A stretch of 45,519 nucleotides of DNA. Origin: Nemertoderma westbladi (lineage: Eukaryota; Animalia; Xenacoelomorpha). The notes under the pieces are model-generated. The model ran no database searches. It worked only from the letters and a program-made list of their open reading frames with translations, and was not told the origin of the DNA. Position numbers and translations under genes: made by a program. Location: assembly GCA_032718475.1 (NCBI GenBank), contig JAUCBJ010005107.1, forward strand, positions 1-45,519. Reading direction: 5' to 3'. This document shows positions 1 to 11,229 of this stretch, piece by piece (the first letter of the stretch is position 1; every line of letters starts with the position of its first letter).

Positions 1-190
1 AATCGGTATGTCTGTTGTTCTGTCGATCTGTTGTGTCCAATTTTAAATGTTAATAACTCAGCCAAATGTTAATGAAATTTAATTTCTTTGATTGATTGTC
101 GGTATGGTTAAATTTCTCAAATACTGATTTTGTGATACAGTCGCACAATTGTAATTTGTATCTCATAACTGGGCCTCGTAAAAACTGTAT
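1..190 (+). repeat. Fragment of a Helentron/DINE-1-like (HINE-like) interspersed repeat
   Basis: 1-70 matches 3150-3215 (ctgttgtgtccaattttaaa..taataactcagccaa). 85-180 matches 2790-2890 and the reverse complement of 21325-21420. Confidence 0.55.
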
Positions 191-396
191 ATCACACGGT
201 GTGATATACAATATATCAACCGCAAAAAATAAGTGAGAACATGTGATAAACTGAGATACTGAAAAAAATACTACCATGGGAACGTGAGCTTCGATCAAAG
301 TAGCGCCGCTTTGTATACATTCCATCTACCTAATTAGATGGAAATTAATTGAAAGCGACGTTTGGTTACGTTGTTCAGCTGCCTGTTTTGCTGCTA

Positions 397-493
397 CCCC
401 CCCCCCCCCCCTGTTATACCCCCATATTTTCAATTTACCTCCTACCCCCACCATTCATGTTACCCCCACCCCCCCCCCCCACCCCCCCCCCCC

Positions 494-538
<45 letters not shown>
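397..538. repeat. Poly-C/poly-G low-complexity tract
   Basis: Interrupted C runs. The poly-Pro ORFs here are artefacts of this tract. Confidence 0.9.
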
Positions 539-842
539 ATTCCTGTCTCCCCTTCATGTTCATCATTTTTTTTACTCCTTCCCCCTTATTACAGTAGTAA
601 CAACATAGTTTATTGTTATGGTTAGAAAAACCATCTCTGTAACCTGATCCTTTCCCTCAATTGGTAATAACATAGTTTATTGGTTTGGTCAGATTAATAT
701 GTTATTATTTATTGTTGTTATTGTAGTGCGTGACAGTAATGATAATTGTAATACTGTAATATATTGTATGTGTATGGGTGGTAATAGGAATCATACTACG
801 TGCCATGGGGGGTAACATGAATGGAATGGAATGATGGTGCCC

Positions 843-1195
843 ATGATTAATGTTTGTGCCCTTGATTGATATCGGTCCCTCGTTTAATGTTAGTGTACCT
901 CATTAATGTTTGTGTCCCTCATTAATGTTTGTGTCCCTCATTAATGTTTTGTGTCCCTCATTAATGTTTGTGTCCCTCATTAATGTTTGTGTCCCTCATT
1001 AATGTTTGTGTCCCTCATTAATGTTTGTGTCCCTCATTAATGTTTGTGTCCCTCATTAATGTTTGTGTCCCACATCAATGTTTATGTCCCACATTAATGT
1101 TTGTCCTCCTGGTTAATGTTTGTCCCCCTGATTAATGTTGTCCCACATTAATGTCTGTGGCGCTGATAAATATCTGTCCTTCAATTTAATGTTTG
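843..1195. repeat. 19-bp minisatellite (CATTAATGTTTGTGTCCCT)n
   Basis: Near-perfect units at about 900-1100, degenerate at both edges. Confidence 0.92.
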
Positions 1196-1310
1196 TGGTC
1201 CAAGTTGCTATGGGGTTCCGGACGTTTTGGATAACTTGGTCAGCAACAAGCAACTTAATTTGAGTAACCATTAACTTTTAGTCTCCGTTATATGAGGCAT
1301 CTTTTACAGC

Positions 1311-1386
1311 ACAAACTTCGCGTTTACATAGAGCAACTTGATCGGCAACAAACTTCGCGTTTACATAGAGCAACTTGATCGGCAAC
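1311..1386. repeat. 37-bp tandem duplication
   Basis: acaaacttcgcgtttacatagagcaacttgatcggca occurs at 1311 and again at 1348. Confidence 0.85.
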
Positions 1387-1910
1387 CTGACATGCTCACC
1401 AAGTTGCTGATAGAGTTGCTCAAAATGTTGCCACGTACTGTAGAAAAAACAGTCTTTAATTTTTCGTCATGACGTAGCTAGACTTTGTTCTTACTGTAGA
1501 GTACCACCCATGGCTGTATTTTGTACTTAGAGTTCCGCTTTCTTGAATCTAAATTTTGTTCTTATAGTTCTGCATTTGGCTACATTTTGTTCAATTTGTA
1601 TTGATACATGATTCTAACTACAGTCCCGCACTTATTTTAGAAGCAATTTATACCAAAATATCAAAAACTTATGGAGCCCTTTATAATTTTGGATTCAAAA
1701 ATTTCCAACATGTGCGCAAGTGTGTTAGCTGTATTGTATGTGCTTATTTGTTATTATTGCGTTCACAGGTAATACTAACACCTGCTCATGTGCTAGTTAA
1801 CATGTTAGATAGCACGTATTAGCTAATAACAAATGCGCACATGTATTACGTGCGCACTACGCACTAAATAATTAAGGACGCATGATACGCCTTGGCTATA
1901 ATTTGATATA

Positions 1911-2096
1911 TTTTGCGTATTTTTTGTAAAAATTCGGACTTATGGTGTTTTGCCTAATTGATGATGCCTTGTTTTCTAGGCAATACCCCGCAACTATCGT
2001 ATAGTTACGGGATAATACCAGAAAACGGTGTTCTCCCTTGTTTTGGCAAAACACCATAAGTCAGAAATTTAAAAAAAAACCGCAATATATTTCAAA
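1911..2096. repeat. Inverted repeat, probable MITE remnant
   Basis: gacttatggtgttttgcc (about 1937-1954) and ggcaaaacaccataagtc (about 2045-2062) form arms that extend imperfectly to about 45 bp. A related motif lies at about 2249-2280. Confidence 0.55.
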
Positions 2097-2280
2097 GGTG
2101 ATTCTGTAAATTAAATAGAAAGTTTAGTTATATGAATCTACTGTATACTGTATATATTTATTTGTTAAAAAACACAATAACAAGTAAACTGAGGCATCTC
2201 TCTAAAAAATAAACAGTTTTTATCGATTATCTCAGAACTACAAAAATCGACTTAGGGGGTTCTGCCTTGAAGGTGGCGAT

Positions 2281-2912
2281 ATTATTTCAATACCCATATT
2301 ACTACATCGGCATAGGATGCGTTGGCGTTGTATCACACATCTCCACGTAGATGTATCAGCAGTTACTCGCACAGTTTCGAAACTTCGCATAGTTATAACT
2401 GTATGAAGATCGTCAGTCTTGGTTTAGGAAAAATATTTTAATGCAAAACAGGACGAGCGACGAGCGCAACGAGGCATATAATGAATTCGAGTACTGCGTA
2501 GACTATATTCCTATTAACCATACCTGGCTTCCCCTATTGAAGGCATCGGTAGTTATAAAGATCGTCCGTCAGTCTGCGTTTAGAAAATATGTTTAAATAC
2601 AAAACAGGACGAGCACAACGACGTTTATAATAATGAAGACGAGTACTGCCTACTGCGTTGATTATATTACTATAAACCATACCTGGCTTCGCCTATTGAA
2701 GGCTTCGGTAGTTATAAAGTACTGGTGGGTGGGGGGGGGGGGGGGGGGGGGGGGGGCAGATTAAAAGGGGTGAACCCGTACTGTCCTCCTTTCTTTGATT
2801 GATTGGTGGTGTGGGTAAATTTCTCAAAACCTGATTTTGCGATACAGTCCCTCAATTTTAATCTGTATCTGATAACTGAGCCTCGTCCTGCGCGATGGCC
2901 CCACGAACGTGT
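2281..2912 (+). repeat. 3' portion of the HINE-like repeat (inverted copy of about 21300-21985)
   Basis: Colinear reverse-complement similarity, including an internal ~155-bp duplication and a G-run. Ends in cctcgtcctgcgcgatggccccacgaac. Confidence 0.75.
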
Positions 2913-3103
2913 TATATATTATTATCAGCTGGAATACATTTCTCTAAATACACTCAATATAATAATTAGGAGCTCACTAGTAGTGAGAGACATCTTCAAC
3001 TTGTGTTCCTCCTGCTTTTAAACTACTGTAGCACCAACAACATCGATTCTGATAGGGTGCTGTTTTAGCAACGATAAGCTGTGCTGAGCGCCTGAGCCTA
3101 TGC

Positions 3104-4402
3104 TAGTGTTTGTGGGGCGAGCGACGAAAGTAAGCGAGCTTAGCACACAGCTACTGTTGCCTGTTGCTGTTGCTCTGTTGTGTCCAATTTTAAAAGTTAA
3201 TAACTCAGCCAATTTTCGTTAAAATATATCCAAACTTGGAACATATGTAGTCTGGCAAAAGTTTAGAAATTTTCCAAGTTGAATTTGCGTGGGGTTTTCG
3301 TGCAGCATCTGTGTAACTGTCTTGCCGTTATAATAAATTTATCTATCCAAAAATTATTAGGCTTGGCATCAGCTGGTTGTTAGGAGACTGCAGGATATAT
3401 CAGGTGGGTTTGAAATTCAGCAATACCGGTACAATGCAGCAATAATGTGGTCTTGGGAAGTGTGGTAGGCCTATTTCACTTTCAGCCATTCCAGCATTTC
3501 CAGTTTGCAGAGTTCAGAATACGACACCGGTACCATGAGATGCCTGTACTCAGTACCGGTACTGCTCACTGCTGTTGCTGTATGTGGTAGGCGTAGCTTT
3601 CTAGGCTGGTTGTCAGTCTGTCAGTGTGGTACTGCTACTGCATTATCTGAGTATTTGGTACGTGCGGTAGGGTAGGGAGTCCCATTGCCTGAGTGATGTC
3701 TGAATTACGATATCGCGACTATTCAGCCGTATCATTAACCGGTACGGTACCTTAATCTTATTAGGCCTAAACATAGGCCTATGTTTTACAGTACGGTACC
3801 GGTACTGATACAGTGGTACAGAGTTACCATAGTACCGTCTTCAGGTCATTGGCGCCACCCACCAATCGGCAACGACAACCATGCAGCCATGGAAGTTTTG
3901 AATTTATGCGGACTTAAGACAGACTGACATATTGTCAGGTTGTACCAGCTGACCTTTATTCCATGTTCCAGTATCCCCTACTGCACTAGGTACACCAATA
4001 GCCCAATACTGCAATACCCAGCAACGCTTTGGAATTGTACTGGTACTCAAACAACTCGCCATCAAGGCCACCGCCTCTGTCTGTCGCAGTGCCGTTTGCG
4101 ACCTCGACTTTTGGTATCGCTACTGCACTAGTGCTACGGGCAAACTGGACTAACCGATCAGCGAGACCCGATGACTGAAGAATGCATTGAATATTTTGAG
4201 TAGTTTGACTGTGGACTTCTATGAAATGGCTTGCGAAAGTTTTTTAAAAGTAAAATTTGGTTAAATTTTCTTAATTATTTATTTAAATTTCTTAAGTACC
4301 GATTTTGGGATAGAATTGCTCAAATTTAATCTGTATTTGTTAATCTGTTATTTGTATTGTAATAACTGACCCTCGTCCTGTGCGATGGCCCCACGAACAT
4401 GT
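3104..4402 (+). mobile_element. Putative non-autonomous Helentron/DINE-1-like element
   Basis: Head gtttgtggggc and tail gccccacgaac form short subterminal inverted repeats. A ctgtt-type microsatellite lies near the head and a GC hairpin near the tail. The same head and tail occur at 21300-22872. Confidence 0.5.
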
Positions 4403-4661
4403 TCTAATGCACACAACCCCAATGGAATGGGTGCGTAACAATCAGCCATGGAATGAATGCCACTACGAAACCAAAAATAACTACTGTAAAAAGCCAGCAA
4501 GCTGGCTATAAGAAGACCGTCCATATACAAAAGTAGTGTAGTGGTCTGTCCCCGCATTGAACTGCTTTGCTTACAGTCTGAGAGAAAGTAATACTAGCCC
4601 CTACAGTACATGTCATTATTACTGGATGGATCAATCATGGATGTCCTTATTTCTCACGTGT

Positions 4662-4705
4662 GTTCGTTCGTTCGTTCGTTCGTTCGTTCGTTCATTCGTT
4701 CGTTT
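4662..4705. repeat. (TTCG)n microsatellite within a dispersed repeat head
   Basis: The flank tgtccttatttctcacgtgtgtt recurs at 44524 and, inverted, at about 45380-45403. Confidence 0.8.
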
Positions 4706-4785
4706 GTATGTTTGTGTAGTTCTCCTTATTCCCAAATTCCTTATTCCCAAATCTTAGCCTAAAATCATCATTACTTAAAGGAGGA

Positions 4786-5085
4786 GTGCAACCGCGAACC
4801 GCCTCCATGCAGTCACTCGGGAGTAGCGATCCCATCTGTTCCTCATCCAACGCCTCATCATTGCCATCCTCTTCGGCAACACGGCCTCCATCCTGGTTAC
4901 CATGGACCCCACCCTCTCTACCGGCCTATATGAGGTCCTGTCTCCCCCTCATGCTCCCGCTACCATCATGGGATATACTATTTAACTTTATTAATTTTAT
5001 TTTCTCTTTTTATTTTCTCTTTCAGTTTCGTTTGTCCTAGATTAGATCATCTTGTTATAGTAAATAAATCAAATAAATAAAATAC
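4786..5085 (+). mobile_element. Possible 3' end of a non-LTR retrotransposon
   Basis: C-rich coding-like stretch followed by a T-rich segment and an (AAATA)n-like tail. No diagnostic domain is visible. Confidence 0.3.
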
Positions 5086-5907
5086 TTACTGGTGGTCAAA
5101 CTGAAACCTTCTCGTCAAATGTGAATGGGTCAAAGGTAACTATAAATTCCAAATCTTGTTCGCACTTTTAGACCTTTACCAGTTTAACTTGCTAATTTAT
5201 GTATCTTATAATGTCTGACAGCCTATACAAAATATTAACACAGCCGAAGCCAGTCTAACGCGGCGTATGACCCACCGGGTGTGGGAGTCTGGATTCTATG
5301 GCAGAGAGAGGAGTAGGCTACTTTGTATTATTCGATTGATCTCTACTATATAATCTCCAAAAACTATATTTATTTTCAAGGAAATAGCAACAGTTCCTTT
5401 TAGGTGCTGCGCTTTAAATACCACGCAGACTTATGACTTATACTATTTACAATGGATGGTCATGAGATAACAAATGTTTACTTTATTTAGGAATGTATTA
5501 TTAATCGTTCACACTCACTTAACTGAAAATAATACTGAAACACACTAATTTGCTGACTGTCACCAATTTTACTCATACATAAGGCTAAATTTAGCTCACA
5601 TACGTTGGGGGTTATGAAACAGCATGAACTCATACAAACCACTGTTATTTGAGCCAGGCAATTATTACTAGTGTTTCCCTCTGCTTACCTCAATAATCAA
5701 GAAAGCCGAGGGAGTTAACGGTTATTCATAAGTATTCTCCAAATATAAACATTTATCAAATAGGTTACAAAAGAAAATGCGTGCTGGCCTTTTTAGAGTA
5801 GTTCGCGAATTGCACAAAAACGACACATTTTAGCGGCAAAAGCTTTAACAAATCTGTATGTTTTATCACTTAATTAAATCCAGTGCCAATATCCTTTTGA
5901 GTGAAAT
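4895..5907 (+). repeat. Copy A of a ~310-bp duplicated segment, interrupted by the solo LTR (copy B is at 24641-24944)
   Basis: 4895-5156 plus 5856-5907 align contiguously to 24641-24944 with few differences. Confidence 0.9.
5157..5850 (-). mobile_element. Solo LTR of the BEL/Pao family, internally deleted
   Basis: Termini TGTTCGCAC...AAGCTTTAACA match the family LTR ends. 5-bp TSD AATCT at 5152-5156 and 5851-5855. Similar to the reverse complement of 24945-26040 but lacks the central ~400 bp. Confidence 0.88.
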
Positions 5908-5964
5908 TATAATCAAAAAAGCGAAAAGTAAGCACCCCTTACTTCATATACCCATATAATCTAG

Positions 5965-6581
5965 AAAAGCTACCGTTTCAATGCGTTATGTGTGGGGAAA
6001 GATTCAAACTAAATTATGAACTGAAAACGCACAGTCAAAAACATAGGAAAGACGGTATGTATGGTTGTGTTAAGTGCGGTAAGATATTTCTACATTATGA
6101 ACAGCTAACAGAGCACATACACAAGGCACAGTGCAAACAGCAGCCGTTTGTATGTGCTATGTGTTTTAAAAATTTTGAGGCTAAAAACACCCTAAGACAA
6201 CACAGACAGAGTAAACATACGAAAGAATGGTTGTATGGTTGTGGTAAGTGCGGGGAGAGATTTGAACATGATGAACAGCTGAAAGAGCACAATGCAAAGT
6301 GCAAAGAGCAGTCGTTTATATGCGGAATTTGTTTTGAAGACTTTGCAAATAGAGCCAACCTAAAACGACACCAAGGGCGTCAACATATGAAAGAATTGTC
6401 GCATGTCTGTGATAAGTGCGGGGAGAGATTTCAACATGATGAACAGCTGACAGTGCATAAGGCACAGTGCAGAGAACAGTCGTTTAAATGCAATATTTGT
6501 TCTGAGATCTTTGCAAATACAGCCAACCTAAAACGACACCTACAACAAGTACACAACAGGCTATATCAGTATAGTATATAG
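5965..6581 (+). CDS. Multi-zinc-finger protein, probable terminal exon (seven alternating C2H2/C2HC fingers)
   Basis: CxxC-x12-H repeats throughout ORF 5988-6581. The frame extends upstream through (E)KLPFQCVMC to a candidate AG acceptor at 5963-5964. AATAAA signals at about 6703-6716. Upstream exons were not identified. Confidence 0.8.
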
Positions 6582-7029
6582 TAATTATATATAGAATATC
6601 TTCTAGCTAACCAGGAACGTACTGTAGACTATTCAGTATTATTCTCGCAAGAGATGGTGCATCTGATCTTCAACAATTATTCAAAAAGTTTAGTAAAGCA
6701 ATAATAAAACAATAAATTCACAATTATTATTTACAAATTAAAATATATTGCTCAAGTGGAGAAGGTGTAAAAAATAAAATAGGGTTGATTTCTCTGATTC
6801 CACATTTCCATGGAAGGTACAATCCACAAGCGTGTTCGGTGTATTCACAAGAGATTGTACAACTGATCTACAATATTTTATTAAAAAAGGCTCAGGTCGC
6901 GATAACTATAAACACAGCTGGTCAATTGGATAATCGATCAATTTGTATTGCATAGCAGCATAGAGCAAAGATAGTCAATGACTGTTGGCTATTTGGATTC
7001 AATGTGAGGGGGTAACTGGATGCAAATAC

Positions 7030-7215
7030 CATTTGGGATTTGGGAATAAGGAATTTTGGATTTGGAATATGAAATTTGGGAATAAGAACTTTGGAAATCG
7101 TTGAAGAAGTTTAAAGTTTTTAAAGAATTTTGGAATAAGGAATCTTGGAATATGGAATTTGGGAAAAATAAAATTTTTTGATTTTAAAATAAGGAATTTG
7201 GGATTTGGAATCTGT
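7030..7215. repeat. Degenerate ~15-bp tandem repeat (TTTGGGAATAAGGAA)
   Basis: About 10 imperfect units. Two inverted units occur at 4722-4753. Confidence 0.75.
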
Positions 7216-7219
7216 AGAT

Positions 7220-7820
7220 AACACGTATTACAAGATTATACAGGTTAGAAAAGGATCAGGTTACAGAGGCGGGAAGCTATGACCAAAACAATAAACTATA
7301 GTTAACACGTGTAACAAGATTAAGCGGTTAGTAAAGAAGCAGGTTACAGATGCGTGTAGATTGAAACAAATCAATAAACGGTAGTCAGGTATCGGTAGTC
7401 AGTCCGTATGTCCATATGTTACAAGATTATGCAGGTTAGTAAAGAACAGGTTACAGAGGTTACCAAGGTTCCACCTTGGTGTAGTGGTTGCATTGAATTC
7501 ACATCTCCTGTAGGTCGTGGGTTCGATCCTCACATTGGCCAGGCCAGTTTTCGTTTCGGCACGAATGTTTTAAAGGGATCAGCAAGGGCGCATCTCTGCC
7601 TTGCATCCTTAAGTGGTAGCTAAATGAGTACTAGAGTTTCCTCTGGGGAGTAAAGTTCTGTTGGGACCGCACTGAAAATAAGTCGTCAGACTTTGTGCGT
7701 AATCCCTGGCCTATTGGCCGAAGAAAATTTATTTACTTAGGATGGAACCAAAACAATAGAAACGAAGAAACAAAAGAGAGGTTAACCCATGTTACAAGAT
7801 GGTACAGGTTAGTTCAGTAA
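7220..7820 (-). repeat. Diverged copies of the 60-bp satellite, interrupted by a SINE
   Basis: The motifs gcaggttacagag and aaccaaaacaataaac are reverse complements of the 42009-42710 unit. A further copy lies at about 605-695. Confidence 0.75.
7467..7740 (+). mobile_element. tRNA-derived SINE
   Basis: Pol III A box tggtgtagtgg (7477-7487) and B box ggttcgatcc (7520-7529). Central ccttgcatccttaagtggtagctaaatgagtac resembles conserved SINE core domains. LINE-like 3' tail with an AT-rich end. No full cloverleaf. Confidence 0.75.
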
Positions 7821-8153
7821 CGTTTAGGGCCTACTGTTCTGTCACTTTCAATGAATCAATGAAGTGCGAAGTAGAAATCACCTATTTCCTTTCGCTTATT
7901 TTTGTTCTTGCTTGACTATAACTGTAAAATTCCATCGCATTTAACTACTTAACTGCACTGACTTATTGAATATTGGCGGGGAAGACTAGTATTATTCAAC
8001 TGTGTTATATATTATTATAACAGAGACATGTTTATCTTGTGTGCCTCCTGCAATTCCATATTCCCAAAACAAAAATTCACAATTTCTGGGATTTGCGTCC
8101 AGTTTCCCCTGGGGAGATATTTTTCTGTGTGTGTCCAGTTTCCCCCCTATCTG

Positions 8154-8212
8154 GATATGATATGATTCGATACGATACGATACGATACAGTACAACACGA
8201 TACTATTCGATA
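8154..8212. repeat. (GATAC/GATAT)n pentanucleotide microsatellite
   Basis: Seen directly in the sequence. Confidence 0.8.
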
Positions 8213-8630
8213 TATTTACTGTAGAAACCCATCAGAACTTCTTGCTGTCAAGAAAAGAAAACATAAACAAACAAAAAAAACTTTGTTTGTTTGTCTGTTC
8301 GTATGTGCACATTGATATTGGCTTGGAAGGGAACGTGCTCTACTTGTTAAGAAGTCAAGTATATGTGCCTCTTTAACTCTGTCTTCGTTCAAGCCAATAT
8401 TCCATTAGAAAATCAGTCAGCTATAATCGCAACAGCTCTGAAGCAGACTTATTAAATATTGCTACTGGAAGATTATTGATACCACCCACTCTCTACCTCC
8501 ATATTATTAATGTATCAAACCATTATGATAGTGAGCGCCTACCCAGGTAGCACAAGTACGTAAATTTACGTTCATTATTCATCCAGACGTTCTGAATTCA
8601 TGTTCATATGACGTCATATTTCACCCATAG

Positions 8631-9866
8631 TGTTCGCGCTTTCAGACCTTTGGCAGTTTAACCCACCAAATTAAGATGTCTTCTAGATATTAAATCTGTT
8701 TTTAGTCTATGACAAGTATTTGATTCACTACACTAGTCGAAACCAATCTGTGCGCGATCATTCACCCGCTGGATATTCCCGGGAGATTGGGTTCGACGGT
8801 TTAATTTTATTGCTATGTAAGCCTAATGTATTATTCGAATGACAGTATTATATAATCTCTGACAATATTATTTACCTTCGGTAATATTAACAGTTCCTTT
8901 AGGACGTGGCGCTTTATCTATATAAACAGAGTTATGACTTAAACTACTCACAACGATATGGCTTAATTATAATTCACATATATGGCGCATTCTTTAGGAA
9001 TTGCTTCTTTAACAGACTCACTCATACACAATGCTGCACAATACTGCACACTAATCTGCCAATCTTCACTGATTTTAGTCACATATAAAAGGAACACAGG
9101 CTGACTCATGTAGGGTCTATCAAATAACATTAGATTCACTTCAAACCACTTCAACATAAGTCACAATCGTTATTGGTAACCTTTCTCTCTTACCTTCGGT
9201 ATATCAAGAATATTGGGTTTCGGGGTTATTTATCGTTATTCCAAATATAATAATTCATCAACCATATTATGAAGAACTGACAGTAAATAGCAGTATAAAA
9301 CAACAACTGAACACTGATTGTTACGAGTTTGCAATGTTTCAGCAGTCAGGATGTATGATCAGTCAGCAGTCCGCAGTAGTCGTTAGGTTAAAGGATATAT
9401 GCCCTTTATAATTAAACCTACTAGTGTAAGACTAAAAAACAGTAAAGCACAAAATACTTCCAAGCCGTTCTTTCTTTGGCTCAGGACTGAATGTAAACAC
9501 TGCACATAGGCATTGCGTCATTTCTCGGAAATTTTCTGTACAAGGAGCCACAAAAACGCTCTAATTGGCTGACTGAACTGAGAGACGCCGTAGAACAAAG
9601 GAAATCAACATGTATGAATGTCAGCTGTTAACCGTAGTCATAGTAACTACTGTTCAAGAGTAGCTATCACCCCTTTGCGTCACGAATTGCCATAGAATCA
9701 TAAAATATGCCTTTCACAGTACACATACGGAGGAAATAGGTCTTAGATCCTCTAAAAACACCGATACAGCAATAATACGGTCTCTTACGCTTATTAAATC
9801 AACTACAGAGTATTTTAATGTAAAAGATAATAAAAATAACGGGGCAATTCAGCAAAGGCTTTTACA
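8631..9866 (-). repeat. 3' LTR of element 1
   Basis: Direct repeat of 19226-20461. Only one mismatch noticed (9611 T vs 20206 C). Confidence 0.97.
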
Positions 9867-9876
9867 CCGCTCCCAG
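9867..9876 (-). other. Polypurine-tract position of element 1
   Basis: Minus strand reads ...CTGGGAGCGG immediately before the TGTAAAAG start of the 3' LTR. Confidence 0.6.
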
Positions 9877-10049
9877 AAAATGGGATTTTCAGTCTATAAA
9901 ATATAAAAATCACAGTTTCTAAAACATAAAGATACTCTAAACAGTTAGTCTTTCTTACGCAGACGGCGTTTACGCAGTTTTTTGAGGCTAGCAAGAGTCT
10001 TTTTCTCTTTGGGGGGAGCCACTTTACTAGGAGGGCCATAACTCCTGGG

Positions 10050-11229
10050 TGAAGGGTGCAATATGATTGCATCAGAAGGTGTAAGATCGTGGTCGAGGTA
10101 TCTGCCGTTTCGATATGCTTCTCCTCGAGCTGATTTTCCTCCGCTCGTAGCTGGATACGTTCATCCAAAAACTCTCGCAGAGAATAGGATCGTCCAAGTT
10201 CGATAACTTCTTAGAGATTCTGGATTTCCCAATCGAATTGAGATAAGGCCAATTCGTTTATCGATTGGACTCACTGTTATAACTTACGTTTATCTGAACA
10301 AACGCAGGTTTCCTTTTTGATCTTTTATAAAATAGCGTTTAACTCGTTTCGTACAACGCTCTCCTTCACCTCGATGAGGGGTTGTATCGCGTTAAACGTG
10401 GACGACCATACGGTTGGATAGTGATATTAGGTGTCCGCGTCACAATCCGGCTAGGTAAGATGGGCGGCTAGCTAGAAATCACTGTCGGAGTGTTACCGAT
10501 TAATTGTTAGGGTAGCACTAGATCTTTGAACAGTGAATACAGTCCGCGAGGATCCGCGACACCACCAAGATCGCAGGTCTGAGGTCCAACTAAGGAATGA
10601 GGAGGTTTGACCGAGTATTCCGGGACTCTGATCGTAAGGTTACTCCAGGATCGTTCGAGCCGAGTGAGCATAGGTGATACGTCAACAAGTTTCGGTTTAC
10701 GTGGATGTTTATGTCTTTCCGTTTATTAGTTGGGTCTAGGGCATTTATCGTAATAATACCAAAGACGCACGTCTGGTAGGGTAAACGCGGGTGATATTTA
10801 TTTGTTGTTACAATGCTTCTATCAAGAATTCCAAATATACGTTGGAGTTACCGCGTCCATTTGTTTCTTAAGTGTCTTTTCTTTCGAGTCGATTTCAAAT
10901 AGAATTTTCGCATTCGAATTTCCGTTTATGGTTCCGACTCCGCTGGGCAGAATATATAGTCGACATAGTCCGTATGGTGTAAATCGATAGGATGACCAGT
11001 AGTTAAGAAGCCCATATACGTACCATTACGCCGCGTATATCGAGCAGCGAATTTTCTATAGTCCAACTCGCGCGAGCTGCTCTTGGGACATTGGCGGTTC
11101 GATATAACGACCATCGTCCTCCGCAGCAGTTGGACTAACGTCGCCGCGTATTAAGCTATCAACAAACGCTTGTAAAAGTAGAGTATATCGCTCCCCGATA
11201 CCAAGACCATCTTCTATCAACTCCGTCAT
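10050..11229 (-). pseudogene. Degenerate accessory ORF of unknown function in the 3' (env-like) position
   Basis: MTELIEDG...DDGRYIEPPMSQEQLAR/ELDYRKFAARYTRRNGTYMGFLTTGHPIDLH, broken by frameshifts and stops. Clearly homologous to 31311-32439. Confidence 0.7.

Noticed and set aside
349-625. Proline-rich ORFs (extensin/formin-like)
   Set aside because: They are only translations of a poly-C tract, and the tract length may itself be a sequencing or assembly artefact.
7467-7545. Functional tRNA gene
   Set aside because: A and B boxes are present but there is no convincing acceptor/anticodon stem, and it continues into a SINE body and tail.
8906-9157. Identical small ORFs here and at 19501-19752 as duplicated genes
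   Set aside because: They lie inside the two LTRs and have no coding features.
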